32,000 nucleotides of DNA from Synechococcus sp. A15-28. Its GTDB lineage: Bacteria > Cyanobacteriota > Cyanobacteriia > PCC-6307 > Cyanobiaceae. This document shows, one piece after another, positions 1 through 9,090 of this stretch; position 1 is the first letter of the stretch; every line of letters starts with the position of its first letter. The stretch spans positions 30,001 to 62,000 of the forward strand of contig NZ_CP047931.1 of the NCBI RefSeq assembly GCF_014280175.1, written 5' to 3'. A program made the translations under genes and the position numbers. A model generated the notes under the pieces. That model was not told where the DNA came from. It saw only the letters and a program-made list of their open reading frames with translations, and did not search any database.

Positions 1-189
1 GGCTGCGGTCTGGTCATGGAAGACGCTGACGCCGAGCTGGGTGAGCTGCCGCGATGTGGGGGTCTCCCGTGGGTCCGATCCACTCACCGGATGACCTCGA
101 TCCGCAAGGATCTTCGCCAGTGCTGACATCCCGATACCGCCGACGCCGATGAAATGCACTGGGTGCTGGCGTTCAAGCGGACGGGACAA
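1..189 (-). CDS. murC: UDP-N-acetylmuramate--L-alanine ligase, N-terminal part (truncated by window edge)
   Basis: The reverse strand reads (TTG start)[62 protein letters not shown]. This has the Mur ligase N-terminal glycine-rich motif [14 protein letters not shown]. The TTG start at 189 is inferred. Confidence 0.88.
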   Translation of the reverse strand, partial: MSRPLERQHPVHFIGVGGIGMSALAKILADRGHPVSGSDPRETPTSRQLTQLGVSVFHDQTAA

Positions 190-362
190 GGATCGGCATC
201 AGAGGCATGAAAGATAAGTCAGTTCAGACGTTGCGTCCCCCTTGGGTTGAGACGGATCGAATCGGGTTTGTGATTCAGGTGCCATCCGAAAAAACTCAGA
301 TTTTTGGCCAATTTCTGTATGATCGGCGGCCAAAACCCTTATGCGGCAACCCCGCTTCAGCT

Positions 363-1388
363 ATGACCCTGCGCGTTGCGATCAATGGATTCGGCCGAAT
401 TGGTCGCAATGTGATGCGGGGTTGGATCAGCCGTGGTGCTGACACAGGCCTGGAGATTGTGGGGATGAACTCCACCTCCGACCCCAAGACCAGCGCTCAC
501 CTGCTGACCTACGACTCGATTCTGGGCAAGCTCGATCCCAGTGTAAAGATCGAAACCACTGACGACACGATGATCGTCAATGGCAAGGAGATCAAGTTCT
601 TCGCCGACCGCAACCCTCTGAACTGCCCCTGGAAAGACTGGGGTGTGGATCTGGTGATCGAGTCCACCGGTGTGTTCAACACCGATGAGAAAGCCAGCAT
701 GCACATTGAAGCTGGTGCCAGCAAGGTGATCCTCACCGCACCGGGTAAAGGTGATGGCGTGGGGACCTTCGTGGTCGGCGTCAACGACGACCAGTACCGC
801 CACGAGGACTGGAACATCCTTTCCAACGCCAGCTGCACCACCAACTGCCTGGCCCCCATCGTCAAGGTTCTGGACCAGAACTTCGGCCTCGACTGGGGTC
901 TGATGACCACCATTCACAGCTACACCGGCGACCAGCGGATCCTGGACAACAGCCACCGCGATCTGCGCCGTGCCCGTGCAGCAGCCCTCAACATGGTCCC
1001 CACCACCACCGGTGCGGCCAAGGCCGTTGCTCTCGTTTACCCCGAGGTGAAGGGCAAGCTCACCGGCTTCGCCATGCGCGTTCCCACCCCCAACGTCTCC
1101 GCCGTTGACCTCACCTTCGGACCCTCCCGCGCCACCAGCGTTGACGAGGTGAAGGCTGTGATCAAGGCCGCCTCTGAGAACGGCATGAAGGGCATCATCA
1201 AGTACAGCGATCTGCCCCTGGTCTCCACCGACTACGCCGGCACCAACGAATCCACCATTTTCGATGCCGATCTCACCTATGCGATGGGCGACAAGGCTGT
1301 GAAGATCCTGGCCTGGTACGACAATGAGTGGGGCTACAGCCAGCGCGTCGTTGACCTGGCTGAAGTGGTGGCTCGCAACTGGAAGTGA
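363..1388 (+). CDS. gap2: Type I glyceraldehyde-3-phosphate dehydrogenase
   Basis: The product contains [20 protein letters not shown], the catalytic [12 protein letters not shown] and [15 protein letters not shown]. The ATG at 363 is the natural start; the ORF track extends further upstream to 207. Confidence 0.95.
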   Translation: MTLRVAINGFGRIGRNVMRGWISRGADTGLEIVGMNSTSDPKTSAHLLTYDSILGKLDPSVKIETTDDTMIVNGKEIKFFADRNPLNCPWKDWGVDLVIESTGVFNTDEKASMHIEAGASKVILTAPGKGDGVGTFVVGVNDDQYRHEDWNILSNASCTTNCLAPIVKVLDQNFGLDWGLMTTIHSYTGDQRILDNSHRDLRRARAAALNMVPTTTGAAKAVALVYPEVKGKLTGFAMRVPTPNVSAVDLTFGPSRATSVDEVKAVIKAASENGMKGIIKYSDLPLVSTDYAGTNESTIFDADLTYAMGDKAVKILAWYDNEWGYSQRVVDLAEVVARNWK

Positions 1389-1413
1389 TCCGTTTTCATT
1401 GATCGGTTCGTTC

Positions 1414-1442
1414 ATCCCTTCCTTCGGGGAGGGATTTTTTTT
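1414..1442 (+). terminator. Rho-independent terminator downstream of gap2
   Basis: ATCCCTTCC-TTCG-GGGAGGGAT forms a 9-bp stem (one G-U pair) with a TTCG tetraloop, followed directly by a run of 8 T. Confidence 0.88.
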
Positions 1443-1462
1443 GGCGTCACCCGGCAGGTTCT

Positions 1463-2449
1463 TCAGCCCGGGGCGAAATGATCAAAGCCGCAGTCTTGAA
1501 CCGGGCCGAGGTCGTCTGTCCAGACGATCGATCCGGTTTGATCGGTGATCTGGCCGAAGCGTCGACAATCGGGCAAGGCCTGTTCCAGGGCGTCCGCCCA
1601 GGCCGGTGGCAGGCTGAGCACCAGCTCGAAATCTTCTCCCCCACCCAGGCACCAGCGGTCCCAGAGGTCTCCTTCTGGCCAGTCCTCGGCCTTTGGTAAC
1701 TGGCTGCGGATGAGTCGGGCGCCAGTACCGCTGCTGTTGCACAGCCCCCGAACAGCTGCCAGAAGCCCATCGCTGCTGTCGGTTCCGCCGGCACGCCAGG
1801 GAAGTTCAGCAGGTTTGCAAACCAGAAGACGGTTCAGAACATCCAGACGGGGCTGAGGACGCTGGTGTTGCCTGATCGCCTTGTCCCGGAGTGCCGCAGC
1901 AAGGCTGGTGGCTTGGAGCTGAGGGTCGTTCTGAAGAAGGGCCAGACCAAGGCGGCTGAGACCGTGGGGTCCGCTGCTGATCAGCACGTCTCCAGGTCGA
2001 GCGGCACTGCGCAGCAGCCGCAGCGGTCCGAGACGTCCCAGGGCAGTGACCGACAGCAAGCGGGTGGTCCCGGATGAGCAGTCGCCCCCCAGCAGTGTCC
2101 CGCCGTGTTGCTGAAGAGCTGCGCTGATGCCCTCGTAAACCTCCTCCACCCAGCTCCACGGCGTGGTGCCAGGGGCCACCAGCGCGACGGTGATCCCATC
2201 GATGCTCACGGCACCGCTGGCGGCCAGATCGGACAGATTGGCGGCGACAGCCCGCCATCCCACGTCGGCGGCTGCAGTGGTGGCATCGCTGAAATGGAGG
2301 CCGTCCACCAGCACATCGGTGTTCACCAGCAGCGGTCGGGCATCCGATGCGAGGCAAGCGGTGTCGTCGTCGAGTTGTCCCGGTGGAGCAAACCGGGCTA
2401 AGCGCTTCAGCAGCTCCGCTTCCCCCAGCTCCGCCAGGGTGGACGTCAT
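1463..2449 (-). CDS. thiL: Thiamine-monophosphate kinase
   Basis: 328 aa. Contains DDTACL, NTDVLVDGLHF, GWRAVAANLSDLAASGA, GGDCSSG, SSDGL and GGGEDFELVL, as expected for the ThiL/AIRS-like kinase family. Confidence 0.93.
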   Translation of the reverse strand: MTSTLAELGEAELLKRLARFAPPGQLDDDTACLASDARPLLVNTDVLVDGLHFSDATTAAADVGWRAVAANLSDLAASGAVSIDGITVALVAPGTTPWSWVEEVYEGISAALQQHGGTLLGGDCSSGTTRLLSVTALGRLGPLRLLRSAARPGDVLISSGPHGLSRLGLALLQNDPQLQATSLAAALRDKAIRQHQRPQPRLDVLNRLLVCKPAELPWRAGGTDSSDGLLAAVRGLCNSSGTGARLIRSQLPKAEDWPEGDLWDRWCLGGGEDFELVLSLPPAWADALEQALPDCRRFGQITDQTGSIVWTDDLGPVQDCGFDHFAPG

Positions 2450-3555
2450 GCGTGGCTCAACAACCGGTCGGCACCGTCGGTCACTTTGATCGAAACGATG
2501 GAGTCATCCACGCCAAGTTCCTCCAGTACATCAAAGCCGTCCACGACATAGCCGAATGCAGCATTGCGGCCATCCACCAGGTTCAGACCCGCCGGAGTGA
2601 GCTCGGCCTCGTAGAGAAACATGAAGAACTGGGATGAGCCATCGTCGAGAGCCTGATCCGAATGGGCCCATCCCAGGGTTCCGAGGGTGGCGAAGGGAAG
2701 CGTCGGGGTGGCCTTGAACAGACCGACGTCTTCAAAGGTTTCGTTGTAAATGGTGTCCTCTTCTCCTGGCACACGGATCTCGAGGGGCACGTGCCGCTCC
2801 TGTTTGGTGCTGGGATCGATGTATCCGATTTCAGGACCTTCCGGATCACCGCTTTGCAGCACGTAGAAGTCCTCAGCGCGGATGAAGGGAAGTCCGTCGT
2901 AGAACCCCTTCTGGGCGAGATCGACAAAGGCACCTGCGGTGAGAGGGGCGTTGTAACCATCCACCACGGTGGTCAGATCCCCCTGTGTGGTGCTGATGGT
3001 GAGGGTGGCGCGGCCCTGCAGTCGCGGCAGGGCATCGAATTCCGAGGGGATCTCCCGCTGGAAGCCGTCCTCCACCAGCAGAGCTTCCACATCACCGATG
3101 TGGCTGAGGGTCTGGCGGCGATCGCGGATGAAGCCGGGCTTGTCGATCTCCCCGACCCGTTCTTGCATCGCCTGCAGGTCCTGTTCAACCTGCTTCAGGT
3201 AGGCCTCGGCACGATCGCGCCGTGCGGCGGGAACCGCCTCCAGGATGGTCCTCCGGCGGGTGCTGAGCAGCGCTTCACTGCGGGACACGGTCTTCCCCAG
3301 CGCACCCCACCGTTTTGCCCGCAGGTCATCACTGGTGAGCTCCAGCCGATGTTGCAGTTCGCGGATGTCGTCCTGCTCGAAGGGCAGAGAATCCCTCAGG
3401 ATTGCCGCGGGATCCTTCACCGCATTGCCCTGGGGCAGTGCAGCCCAGGCTGGAGCTGCAATGTTGATCAGGGCGAAGCCGAGCAAGGCGACCAGAACGG
3501 CCTTGAAACGCGGATGGGCCAAGGGGGAACCCCAGTGCTGACGGGACTTTGGCAC
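2446..3555 (-). CDS. Cyclophilin-type peptidyl-prolyl cis-trans isomerase with N-terminal signal peptide (thylakoid-lumen CYP38/TLP40-like)
   Basis: 369 aa with a hydrophobic leader ([25 protein letters not shown]), a helical N-terminal domain, and a C-terminal cyclophilin-like domain ([22 protein letters not shown] ... [37 protein letters not shown]). Overlaps the thiL start by 4 bp. Confidence 0.85.
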   Translation of the reverse strand: MPKSRQHWGSPLAHPRFKAVLVALLGFALINIAAPAWAALPQGNAVKDPAAILRDSLPFEQDDIRELQHRLELTSDDLRAKRWGALGKTVSRSEALLSTRRRTILEAVPAARRDRAEAYLKQVEQDLQAMQERVGEIDKPGFIRDRRQTLSHIGDVEALLVEDGFQREIPSEFDALPRLQGRATLTISTTQGDLTTVVDGYNAPLTAGAFVDLAQKGFYDGLPFIRAEDFYVLQSGDPEGPEIGYIDPSTKQERHVPLEIRVPGEEDTIYNETFEDVGLFKATPTLPFATLGTLGWAHSDQALDDGSSQFFMFLYEAELTPAGLNLVDGRNAAFGYVVDGFDVLEELGVDDSIVSIKVTDGADRLLSHA

Positions 3556-3587
3556 AGCCGTATAGTCCGTTGAACCGTTCGGCCGGA

Positions 3588-4151
3588 ATGATCTCCAGCA
3601 ACGACTTCCGAACCGGCACCACGATTGAGATCGATGGTGCCGTCTGGCGTGTGGTGGAGTTCCTTCACGTGAAGCCTGGTAAGGGGTCTGCCTTCGTGCG
3701 CTCCAAGCTCAAGGCGGTGAAGACCGGCAACGTGGTGGAAAAGACCTTCCGCGCTGGGGAAATGGTCCCCCAGGCGCTGCTGGAGAAAGCGTCGCTTCAG
3801 CACACCTACATGGAAGGAGAGGACTACGTCTTCATGGACATGTCGTCCTACGAGGAAACCCGTCTCACGGCCGATCAGATCGGCGAAAGCCGCAAATACC
3901 TGAAAGAGGGGATGGAGGTGAACGTGGTCTCCTGGAACGGCAGTCCACTGGAGGTGGAACTGCCCAATTCCGTTGTGCTGGAGATCACCGAAACCGATCC
4001 GGGTGTTAAAGGCGACACCGCCACCGGTGGCACCAAGCCAGCCATCCTGGAAACCGGTGTTCAGGTGATGGTGCCCCTGTTCCTCTCCGTGGGCGAGAAG
4101 ATCAAGGTGGACACCCGCAGCGACAGCTATCTGGGTCGCGAAAACGGATGA
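3588..4151 (+). CDS. efp: Translation elongation factor P
   Basis: [42 protein letters not shown] and the C-terminal [16 protein letters not shown] are typical of EF-P. The ATG at 3588 is internal to the track ORF. Confidence 0.96.
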   Translation: MISSNDFRTGTTIEIDGAVWRVVEFLHVKPGKGSAFVRSKLKAVKTGNVVEKTFRAGEMVPQALLEKASLQHTYMEGEDYVFMDMSSYEETRLTADQIGESRKYLKEGMEVNVVSWNGSPLEVELPNSVVLEITETDPGVKGDTATGGTKPAILETGVQVMVPLFLSVGEKIKVDTRSDSYLGRENG

Positions 4152-4621
4152 CCATGCAGCTGGATCACGAACAACTGCATCGCCTGCTCGAAGTGCTGGG
4201 CGAGAGCGATATCCAGGAATTCCGGCTGGAGGGTGATGACTTCCGGCTCGAGATCCGCCGCAACCTGCCAGGACAGGCCGTCATGGCTCCGGTGATGCCG
4301 GCACCGGTGACTGCCGCAGCAGCACCGGCCGCAGCCACCCCAGCATCTCCACCACCCGCAGCGACCGCCACGCGCAGTGATCTCTTGGAGATCACCGCTC
4401 CAATGGTGGGCACGTTCTATCGCGCTCCTGCACCGGGTGAGCCACCGTTCATCGAAGTCGGCAATCGGATCGACGTCGGTCAGACGGTGTGCATCCTGGA
4501 GGCGATGAAGTTGATGAACGAGCTGGAAGCCGAAGTCAGCGGAGAGGTGGTGGAAATCCTGGTGGATAACGGCACCCCCGTCGAATTCGGTCAGGTCTTG
4601 ATGCGTGTGCGTCCGGCCTAA
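4148..4621 (+). CDS. accB: Acetyl-CoA carboxylase biotin carboxyl carrier protein
   Basis: Ala/Pro-rich linker followed by the biotinyl domain [21 protein letters not shown]...[21 protein letters not shown]. The biotinylation motif EAMKLMN is present. ATGA overlap with efp. Confidence 0.96.
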   Translation: MTMQLDHEQLHRLLEVLGESDIQEFRLEGDDFRLEIRRNLPGQAVMAPVMPAPVTAAAAPAAATPASPPPAATATRSDLLEITAPMVGTFYRAPAPGEPPFIEVGNRIDVGQTVCILEAMKLMNELEAEVSGEVVEILVDNGTPVEFGQVLMRVRPA

Positions 4622-5640
4622 GACCCTGTGAGATTCCAAGCCGCCTGAAGGGCAGCGATCATGCTGTCTGGCCGGGCGGTGCCCCGGCCAGCGATGTCAA
4701 ATCCGGTGCCGTGATCCGGTGAGGTGCGCAGAAATGGCAGTTCAAGGGTGGTGTTGACGGCGGCGTCAAAAGCCAGCAGCTTCACCGGGATCAGGCCCTG
4801 ATCGTGGTACAGAGCCAGGTAGCCATCCGGACCCGAGGCCTCCGGTTGGTTCCATGCTCGAGCTGCGTTGAGCCAACAGGTGTCGGGAGGGACAGGGCCC
4901 TCCAGATGCACGGAGGGGTGCTGTTGGCGCCAGCGTTCCAGCAATGGGGTCAGCCAGGTGGTTTCCTCCTCCCCCAGCCGACCGGCCTCTCCGGCATGGG
5001 GGTTCAACCCTGCAACCACAAGATGGGGGTCGGACCGGAAGCGCCGGCAGAACTCCAGCAGCACGTTCAGCTTGTGTTCCACCAGGTCCGGCGTCAGCGC
5101 TGCGGTGATCTGACTGAAGGGAAGGTGTGTGGTGGCCAGAAGTGTGTTCAGCCGCCAGGTTCCATGGGGTGCGATGGCTGTGAAAAGCATCGAGCAGTGC
5201 CTTGAACCGGCAAGTTCGGCCAGCCGTTCCGTCTGACCGGGGTAGTGATGGCCTGCGGCATGCCAGAGGTGCTTGGCGATCGGTGCGGTAATCAGGGCTC
5301 GGCCCTGACCTTGCTGCACCCGCTCAACGGCGCGGGTCAGCCAGCGAAAACCCGCCGCCGCACCGGCCGTTGTCGGTTCTCCGGGCACAACAGACGTCTC
5401 CAGTGGTTGGTCGTCAATGCTCAGCTGACTGGGATCGGCGATCGATGTGAGCCCCTGCTGCTGCAGGCGGGCGTGGGTGGCGATCAAGCTGTGCCGGCAG
5501 CCGACAAGCACTGGCTGGAGCGATGGGGGCAGTGTGCTGCTCGCCAGTGCCTTGAGGGTGACCTCCATGCCGATACCGGCGGGATCACCGAGGGCGATCA
5601 CCAGCTGCTGGCTAGCGTTGAAGTCCAACGGTGAAGGCAT
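4618..5640 (-). CDS. pdxA: 4-hydroxythreonine-4-phosphate dehydrogenase
   Basis: Contains ALGDPAGIGMEVTLKAL, TAPIAKHLWHAAGHHYPGQTERLAELAG, GLNPHAGEAGRLGEEE, YHDQGLIPVKLLAFDAAVNTTLELPFLRTSPDHGTGFDIAG. Confidence 0.95.
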   Translation of the reverse strand: MPSPLDFNASQQLVIALGDPAGIGMEVTLKALASSTLPPSLQPVLVGCRHSLIATHARLQQQGLTSIADPSQLSIDDQPLETSVVPGEPTTAGAAAGFRWLTRAVERVQQGQGRALITAPIAKHLWHAAGHHYPGQTERLAELAGSRHCSMLFTAIAPHGTWRLNTLLATTHLPFSQITAALTPDLVEHKLNVLLEFCRRFRSDPHLVVAGLNPHAGEAGRLGEEETTWLTPLLERWRQQHPSVHLEGPVPPDTCWLNAARAWNQPEASGPDGYLALYHDQGLIPVKLLAFDAAVNTTLELPFLRTSPDHGTGFDIAGRGTARPDSMIAALQAAWNLTGS

Positions 5641-5822
5641 GGTCTGTGCTGAGGCTGTTGCTCCTGGGCTTGATGCTGGTGGGCCTGGCCACCGGATTGC
5701 ATCGCAAGTGGTTGGTTGTCGACTGGGTCAAGCTGACAGATGACCTGGGACTGGCGGCGCCTGATGATGCGGAGCCCTTTGATTTCAATCGGCTGATCAT
5801 CGGCGATCAGGACCGGGATTGA
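5631..5822 (+). CDS. Small conserved-looking protein with N-terminal transmembrane segment
   Basis: 63 aa, GTG start (alternative GTG at 5646). Hydrophobic LLLLGLMLVGLATG then an acidic tail. It fills the space between pdxA and the epimerase. Confidence 0.5.
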   Translation: MKAWSVLRLLLLGLMLVGLATGLHRKWLVVDWVKLTDDLGLAAPDDAEPFDFNRLIIGDQDRD

Positions 5823-6712
5823 GCTTCCTGACGGAAACAGTCCTGCAGCCCGGCTTTGAAATCCGGGTGCAGCAGGGAGTAGCCGAGCTGGCGGCACAGC
5901 AGGGTGTTGCGAACCCGGCGGTTTTCGCTCCAGAACGACCGTGCCATGGCTGACATCGAACGACTGGCCACGTCGAAGGGTTCTTCCTCGGGAAGCTCAC
6001 ACTTGAGGAGATCTGCGCCGTACAGGAGTAGATCCTGCGGAGCTGCAGGGCAGTCATCGCTGACGTTGACGATGGCAGGCCCAGGCCCATCAGCGGCCCG
6101 ATGCATCAGATGCAGGCAGGCTCCGGCGATGTCATCCACATGGATGCGGCAGAACACCTGATCAGCCTTCAGGATCCGACGCGCCTTGCCGGTTTGCAGG
6201 CTGTTCAGCACCGAGCGGCCTGGTCCATAGATGCCAGGCAGCCTCAGGATCTGAACAGGGAGACCGGAGTCCAGCCAGGCCTGCTCACAGGCGTGTCGCC
6301 GTTCACTGCGCGGCTGGCCTGGATCGGCAGGGTCCTCTTCCGACACCCACTCACCCCGGCGGTCTCCGTAGACCCCTGTGGTGGAGAGATAGCCGACCCA
6401 GATCAGTGGTCGTTCTCGAAGTTGGGACCCGAGGTGGGTGAGCACCGGGTCCTGGCCCTCTGTGGTGGGGGGAATGGTGGAGAGCACGTGGGTGATCCCA
6501 TCCAGATCGTCCGCTGTCGGGATCTGCCCTGTAGCACTGTCAAAGATGAGATCGGCCTCTGATCCGTCGAGGTGGCGCCGGCTGCAACGCACCGTGGTGC
6601 CGAGGGCCCTGAGCAGTCGGGCCACGTGACCACCGCTGTAACCGCCTCCGAGCACCAGGACTCGTGCATCGGCCCTGAGCGGCTGGGATCGGTTGACAAG
6701 ATCGGACAGCAT
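5807..6712 (-). CDS. NAD(P)-dependent epimerase/dehydratase-like (SDR, YeeZ-type)
   Basis: 301 aa. Rossmann motif VLVLGGGYSGGHVARLLRALG and YLSTTGVYGDRRGEWVSEEDP, LPVQILRLPGIYGPGRSVL. Confidence 0.85.
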   Translation of the reverse strand: MLSDLVNRSQPLRADARVLVLGGGYSGGHVARLLRALGTTVRCSRRHLDGSEADLIFDSATGQIPTADDLDGITHVLSTIPPTTEGQDPVLTHLGSQLRERPLIWVGYLSTTGVYGDRRGEWVSEEDPADPGQPRSERRHACEQAWLDSGLPVQILRLPGIYGPGRSVLNSLQTGKARRILKADQVFCRIHVDDIAGACLHLMHRAADGPGPAIVNVSDDCPAAPQDLLLYGADLLKCELPEEEPFDVASRSMSAMARSFWSENRRVRNTLLCRQLGYSLLHPDFKAGLQDCFRQEAQSRS

Positions 6713-6744
6713 CAGTACACCTGTATTAGTTCGTCGCTGCCGTT

Positions 6745-6918
6745 ATGACCGCGAGTTGTCTGCCGACCGCACCCGCCCAGCGACGCGTGATCGCGGCGCG
6801 GGCCATTGTCGCCCTGACTGTTCTGGCCGGGGCGCTGACCCTTGCACCTGAGGATCCCCGAGCGCAGGCGTCAATCTGTCAACGCCACCATTCCGTTGAG
6901 GCCTGCCGCGTCTGGTGA
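6745..6918 (+). CDS. Possible small secreted/membrane protein, 57 aa
   Basis: Manual translation MTASCLPTAPAQRRVIAARAIVALTVLAGALTLAPEDPRAQASICQRHHSVEACRVW*. Signal-like hydrophobic segment. Absent from the provided ORF track, and no homology evidence is available. Confidence 0.4.
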   Translation: MTASCLPTAPAQRRVIAARAIVALTVLAGALTLAPEDPRAQASICQRHHSVEACRVW

Positions 6919-6921
6919 TCG

Positions 6922-7323
6922 TCAGGCTGGTTGGTAGCTGAGTTCGGTGCCACCGTCGGGGTTTGGTTTTGATGCGTCCTGGGGTTGTGCCCACTGCAGC
7001 AATCGGAGCGCGAGGCGCAGGTCGCCGTCCATCCAGGCCCGAATGGCCATGGCGCGTCTGGGGTCATAGAACCGTTGACGGCGATACCAGTCGAAAACGT
7101 CAGCGTCGGACTTATGGCCGTTGCAGGAAAGACAGGCTGGAACGCAGTTTTCGGTAACACTCAGTCCGCCGTTGGCACGGGGGAGAATGTGATCAATGGA
7201 CTCAGAAGGTTTGCCGCAATAAATACAACTTTTTCCGGTATATGTGTGAAGGGATTGTCTCCATCGTCGGACGCGTAATTTGGGACAGAGTTCGTCGAGG
7301 AAAACCGCATCCCTGCTATGCAT
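6922..7323 (-). CDS. HNH endonuclease family protein
   Basis: CIYCGKPSESIDHILPRANGGLSVTENCVPACLSCNGHKSD carries paired CxxC motifs around the DHILPR core of an HNH domain. ATG at 7323 chosen; the ORF is open to 7434. Confidence 0.85.
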   Translation of the reverse strand: MHSRDAVFLDELCPKLRVRRWRQSLHTYTGKSCIYCGKPSESIDHILPRANGGLSVTENCVPACLSCNGHKSDADVFDWYRRQRFYDPRRAMAIRAWMDGDLRLALRLLQWAQPQDASKPNPDGGTELSYQPA

Positions 7324-7497
7324 CCGAATGTTTTCGGTTGAGCAAAGTTTGCCGTGGAAGCTCCGCGCGTCAATGTGTCGTCGACTGCATTTTTGGCGAT
7401 TTGCTGGCAAAGAGCTGTGGTTGTTCAAGAACACTTGTTTTCAACCCTAGCCAACTTAAAGTGATGGTTTGCGGGGGATTTCATTCCCGACTCCGGA

Positions 7498-9090
7498 TTG
7501 TCCTCCTGCAGGCTTGACCTCTCGGCCGCCGGACTCATCCGCGTGGTCTGTCCGTTTGACGCTGTCACGCAGTCGCAATTGCGGCGCATCCGGCCCCGTG
7601 GTCGCTGGATGGGTCCATCCCGGAGCTGGGAGTTCCCCATGGCCGCCGCCGAAGCTTTGCTCCAGGCTTTCGCCACGCGGTTTCCTGTAACTCCCGAGTT
7701 GCAGCAATGGTTGGATTGGTACAACAAGCCGCTGCCCCCCCTGCCCCCCCACCGTGATCTGGTGGCGGCTGCCGATCTGAAAACGGCGTTACGGGATGGC
7801 CGGCGGCCTTTGCCCCATCAACGCAGCGGGGCCCGATGGCTGCTGGCACGACGCGGCGCTGTTCTTGCCGATGAGATGGGGCTGGGAAAAACCTTGACGG
7901 CGCTGCTGGCGGCGCGAGCCATGACCCGTTGCGCTGAGCTCAGGTTGATGGTGGTGGCGCCAGTGGGACTGCATGCCCATTGGCGTCGGGAAGCGGATGG
8001 GGTGGATCTTCAGCCTGCCTTGGTCAGCTGGGCGCGGCTGCCTGCTGAGCTTCCACCGGCGGGAACACTGCTGGTGGTGGATGAGGCGCATTTCGCCCAA
8101 TCCCTACAGGCGAATCGCACGGCGGCCCTGTTGCGGATGGCGCGTCACCCTCGGTTGCGGGCGATCTGGATGCTCACGGGCACACCGATGAAAAACGGCC
8201 GTCCGGCCCAGCTTTATCCCCTGCTGGCGGCGATGGACCATCCGATTGCCCGGGATCAGCGTCAATTTGAGGAGCGCTATTGCCAGGGGCATTGGCGCGA
8301 GAAAGGGGGCCAACAGCGATGGCAGGCCAGTGGCGCCACCCAGCTCGAAGAGTTGCGCCGGCTCACACGACCGTTGATCCTCCATCGCCGCAAGGCTCAG
8401 GTGCTGGAGCTGCCGCCCAAGCGACGCCGGGAGCACCCCATCGCCCTGTCGGACGCTGAAACCCTCGGATTCGACCATCGCATCGATCTGGTGGTGGACG
8501 ACTTTCGCCGCCGCGCCCGCAACGGAGAGGTGCGTTCCGATGCGGAACCGCTGGCGGTGTTAACAGCTCTCCGCCGGATTGCAGCGGAGTTCAAACTTCC
8601 TGCGGCGGAACGGTTGGTGCGAAACCTGTTGCATGACGGTGAGGCCGTGGTGCTGTTCAGTGGATTTGTGGAGCCGCTGCAGTTGTTGCAGAAGCGGCTG
8701 GGGGGTGCTCTGCTCACCGGTCGTCAACGCCCGGCTGAGCGTCAGCAGGCGGTGGATCGCTTCCAACAGGGGGACGAGGATCTGTTGCTGGCGACCTTTG
8801 GCACTGGGGCTCTGGGGTTCACCCTGCATCGGGCCAGGCACGTGGTGCTGTTGGAACGGCCCTGGACGCCGGGTGATGTGGCTCAGGCAGAAGATCGCTG
8901 CCATCGCCTGGGGATGGCCGATGAGGCGCTCACCTGTCACTGGTTGCAGTTGGGCCCGGCCGATCAGCTCGTTGATGGCTTGGCGGCCAGTAAGGCGGAA
9001 CGGATCGAGATCCTGCTGGGTCCCCGTCGTGTGACCCTTGATCGTCAGTCCTTGCCGTTGATGCTGCGACGCTGCCTGCAGGTGGCCTGA
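7498..9090 (+). CDS. SNF2-family helicase with possible N-terminal HARP-like module
   Basis: Walker A region ADEMGLGKTLTALLAARAM, VVDEAHFAQ, MLTGTPMKNGRPAQLYPLLAA. C-terminal helicase domain VVLFSGFVEPLQLLQKRL...FGTGALGFTLHRARHVVLLERPWTPGDVAQAEDRCHRLG. The N-terminus (PFDAVTQSQLRRIRPRGRWMGPSRSWEFP) suggests an early TTG (7498) or GTG (7543) start. Confidence 0.88.
   Translation: MSSCRLDLSAAGLIRVVCPFDAVTQSQLRRIRPRGRWMGPSRSWEFPMAAAEALLQAFATRFPVTPELQQWLDWYNKPLPPLPPHRDLVAAADLKTALRDGRRPLPHQRSGARWLLARRGAVLADEMGLGKTLTALLAARAMTRCAELRLMVVAPVGLHAHWRREADGVDLQPALVSWARLPAELPPAGTLLVVDEAHFAQSLQANRTAALLRMARHPRLRAIWMLTGTPMKNGRPAQLYPLLAAMDHPIARDQRQFEERYCQGHWREKGGQQRWQASGATQLEELRRLTRPLILHRRKAQVLELPPKRRREHPIALSDAETLGFDHRIDLVVDDFRRRARNGEVRSDAEPLAVLTALRRIAAEFKLPAAERLVRNLLHDGEAVVLFSGFVEPLQLLQKRLGGALLTGRQRPAERQQAVDRFQQGDEDLLLATFGTGALGFTLHRARHVVLLERPWTPGDVAQAEDRCHRLGMADEALTCHWLQLGPADQLVDGLAASKAERIEILLGPRRVTLDRQSLPLMLRRCLQVA

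Noticed and set aside
207-362. N-terminal extension of the gap2 track ORF
   Set aside because: The canonical GAPDH N-terminus starts at ATG 363 ([14 protein letters not shown]); the upstream sequence is more likely the leader or promoter region.
357-1415. Long antisense ORF (352 aa, minus) over gap2
   Set aside because: Mirror ORF of a strongly supported GAPDH gene in GC-rich DNA; the translated product has low-complexity G/V/H-rich sequence and no recognisable motifs.
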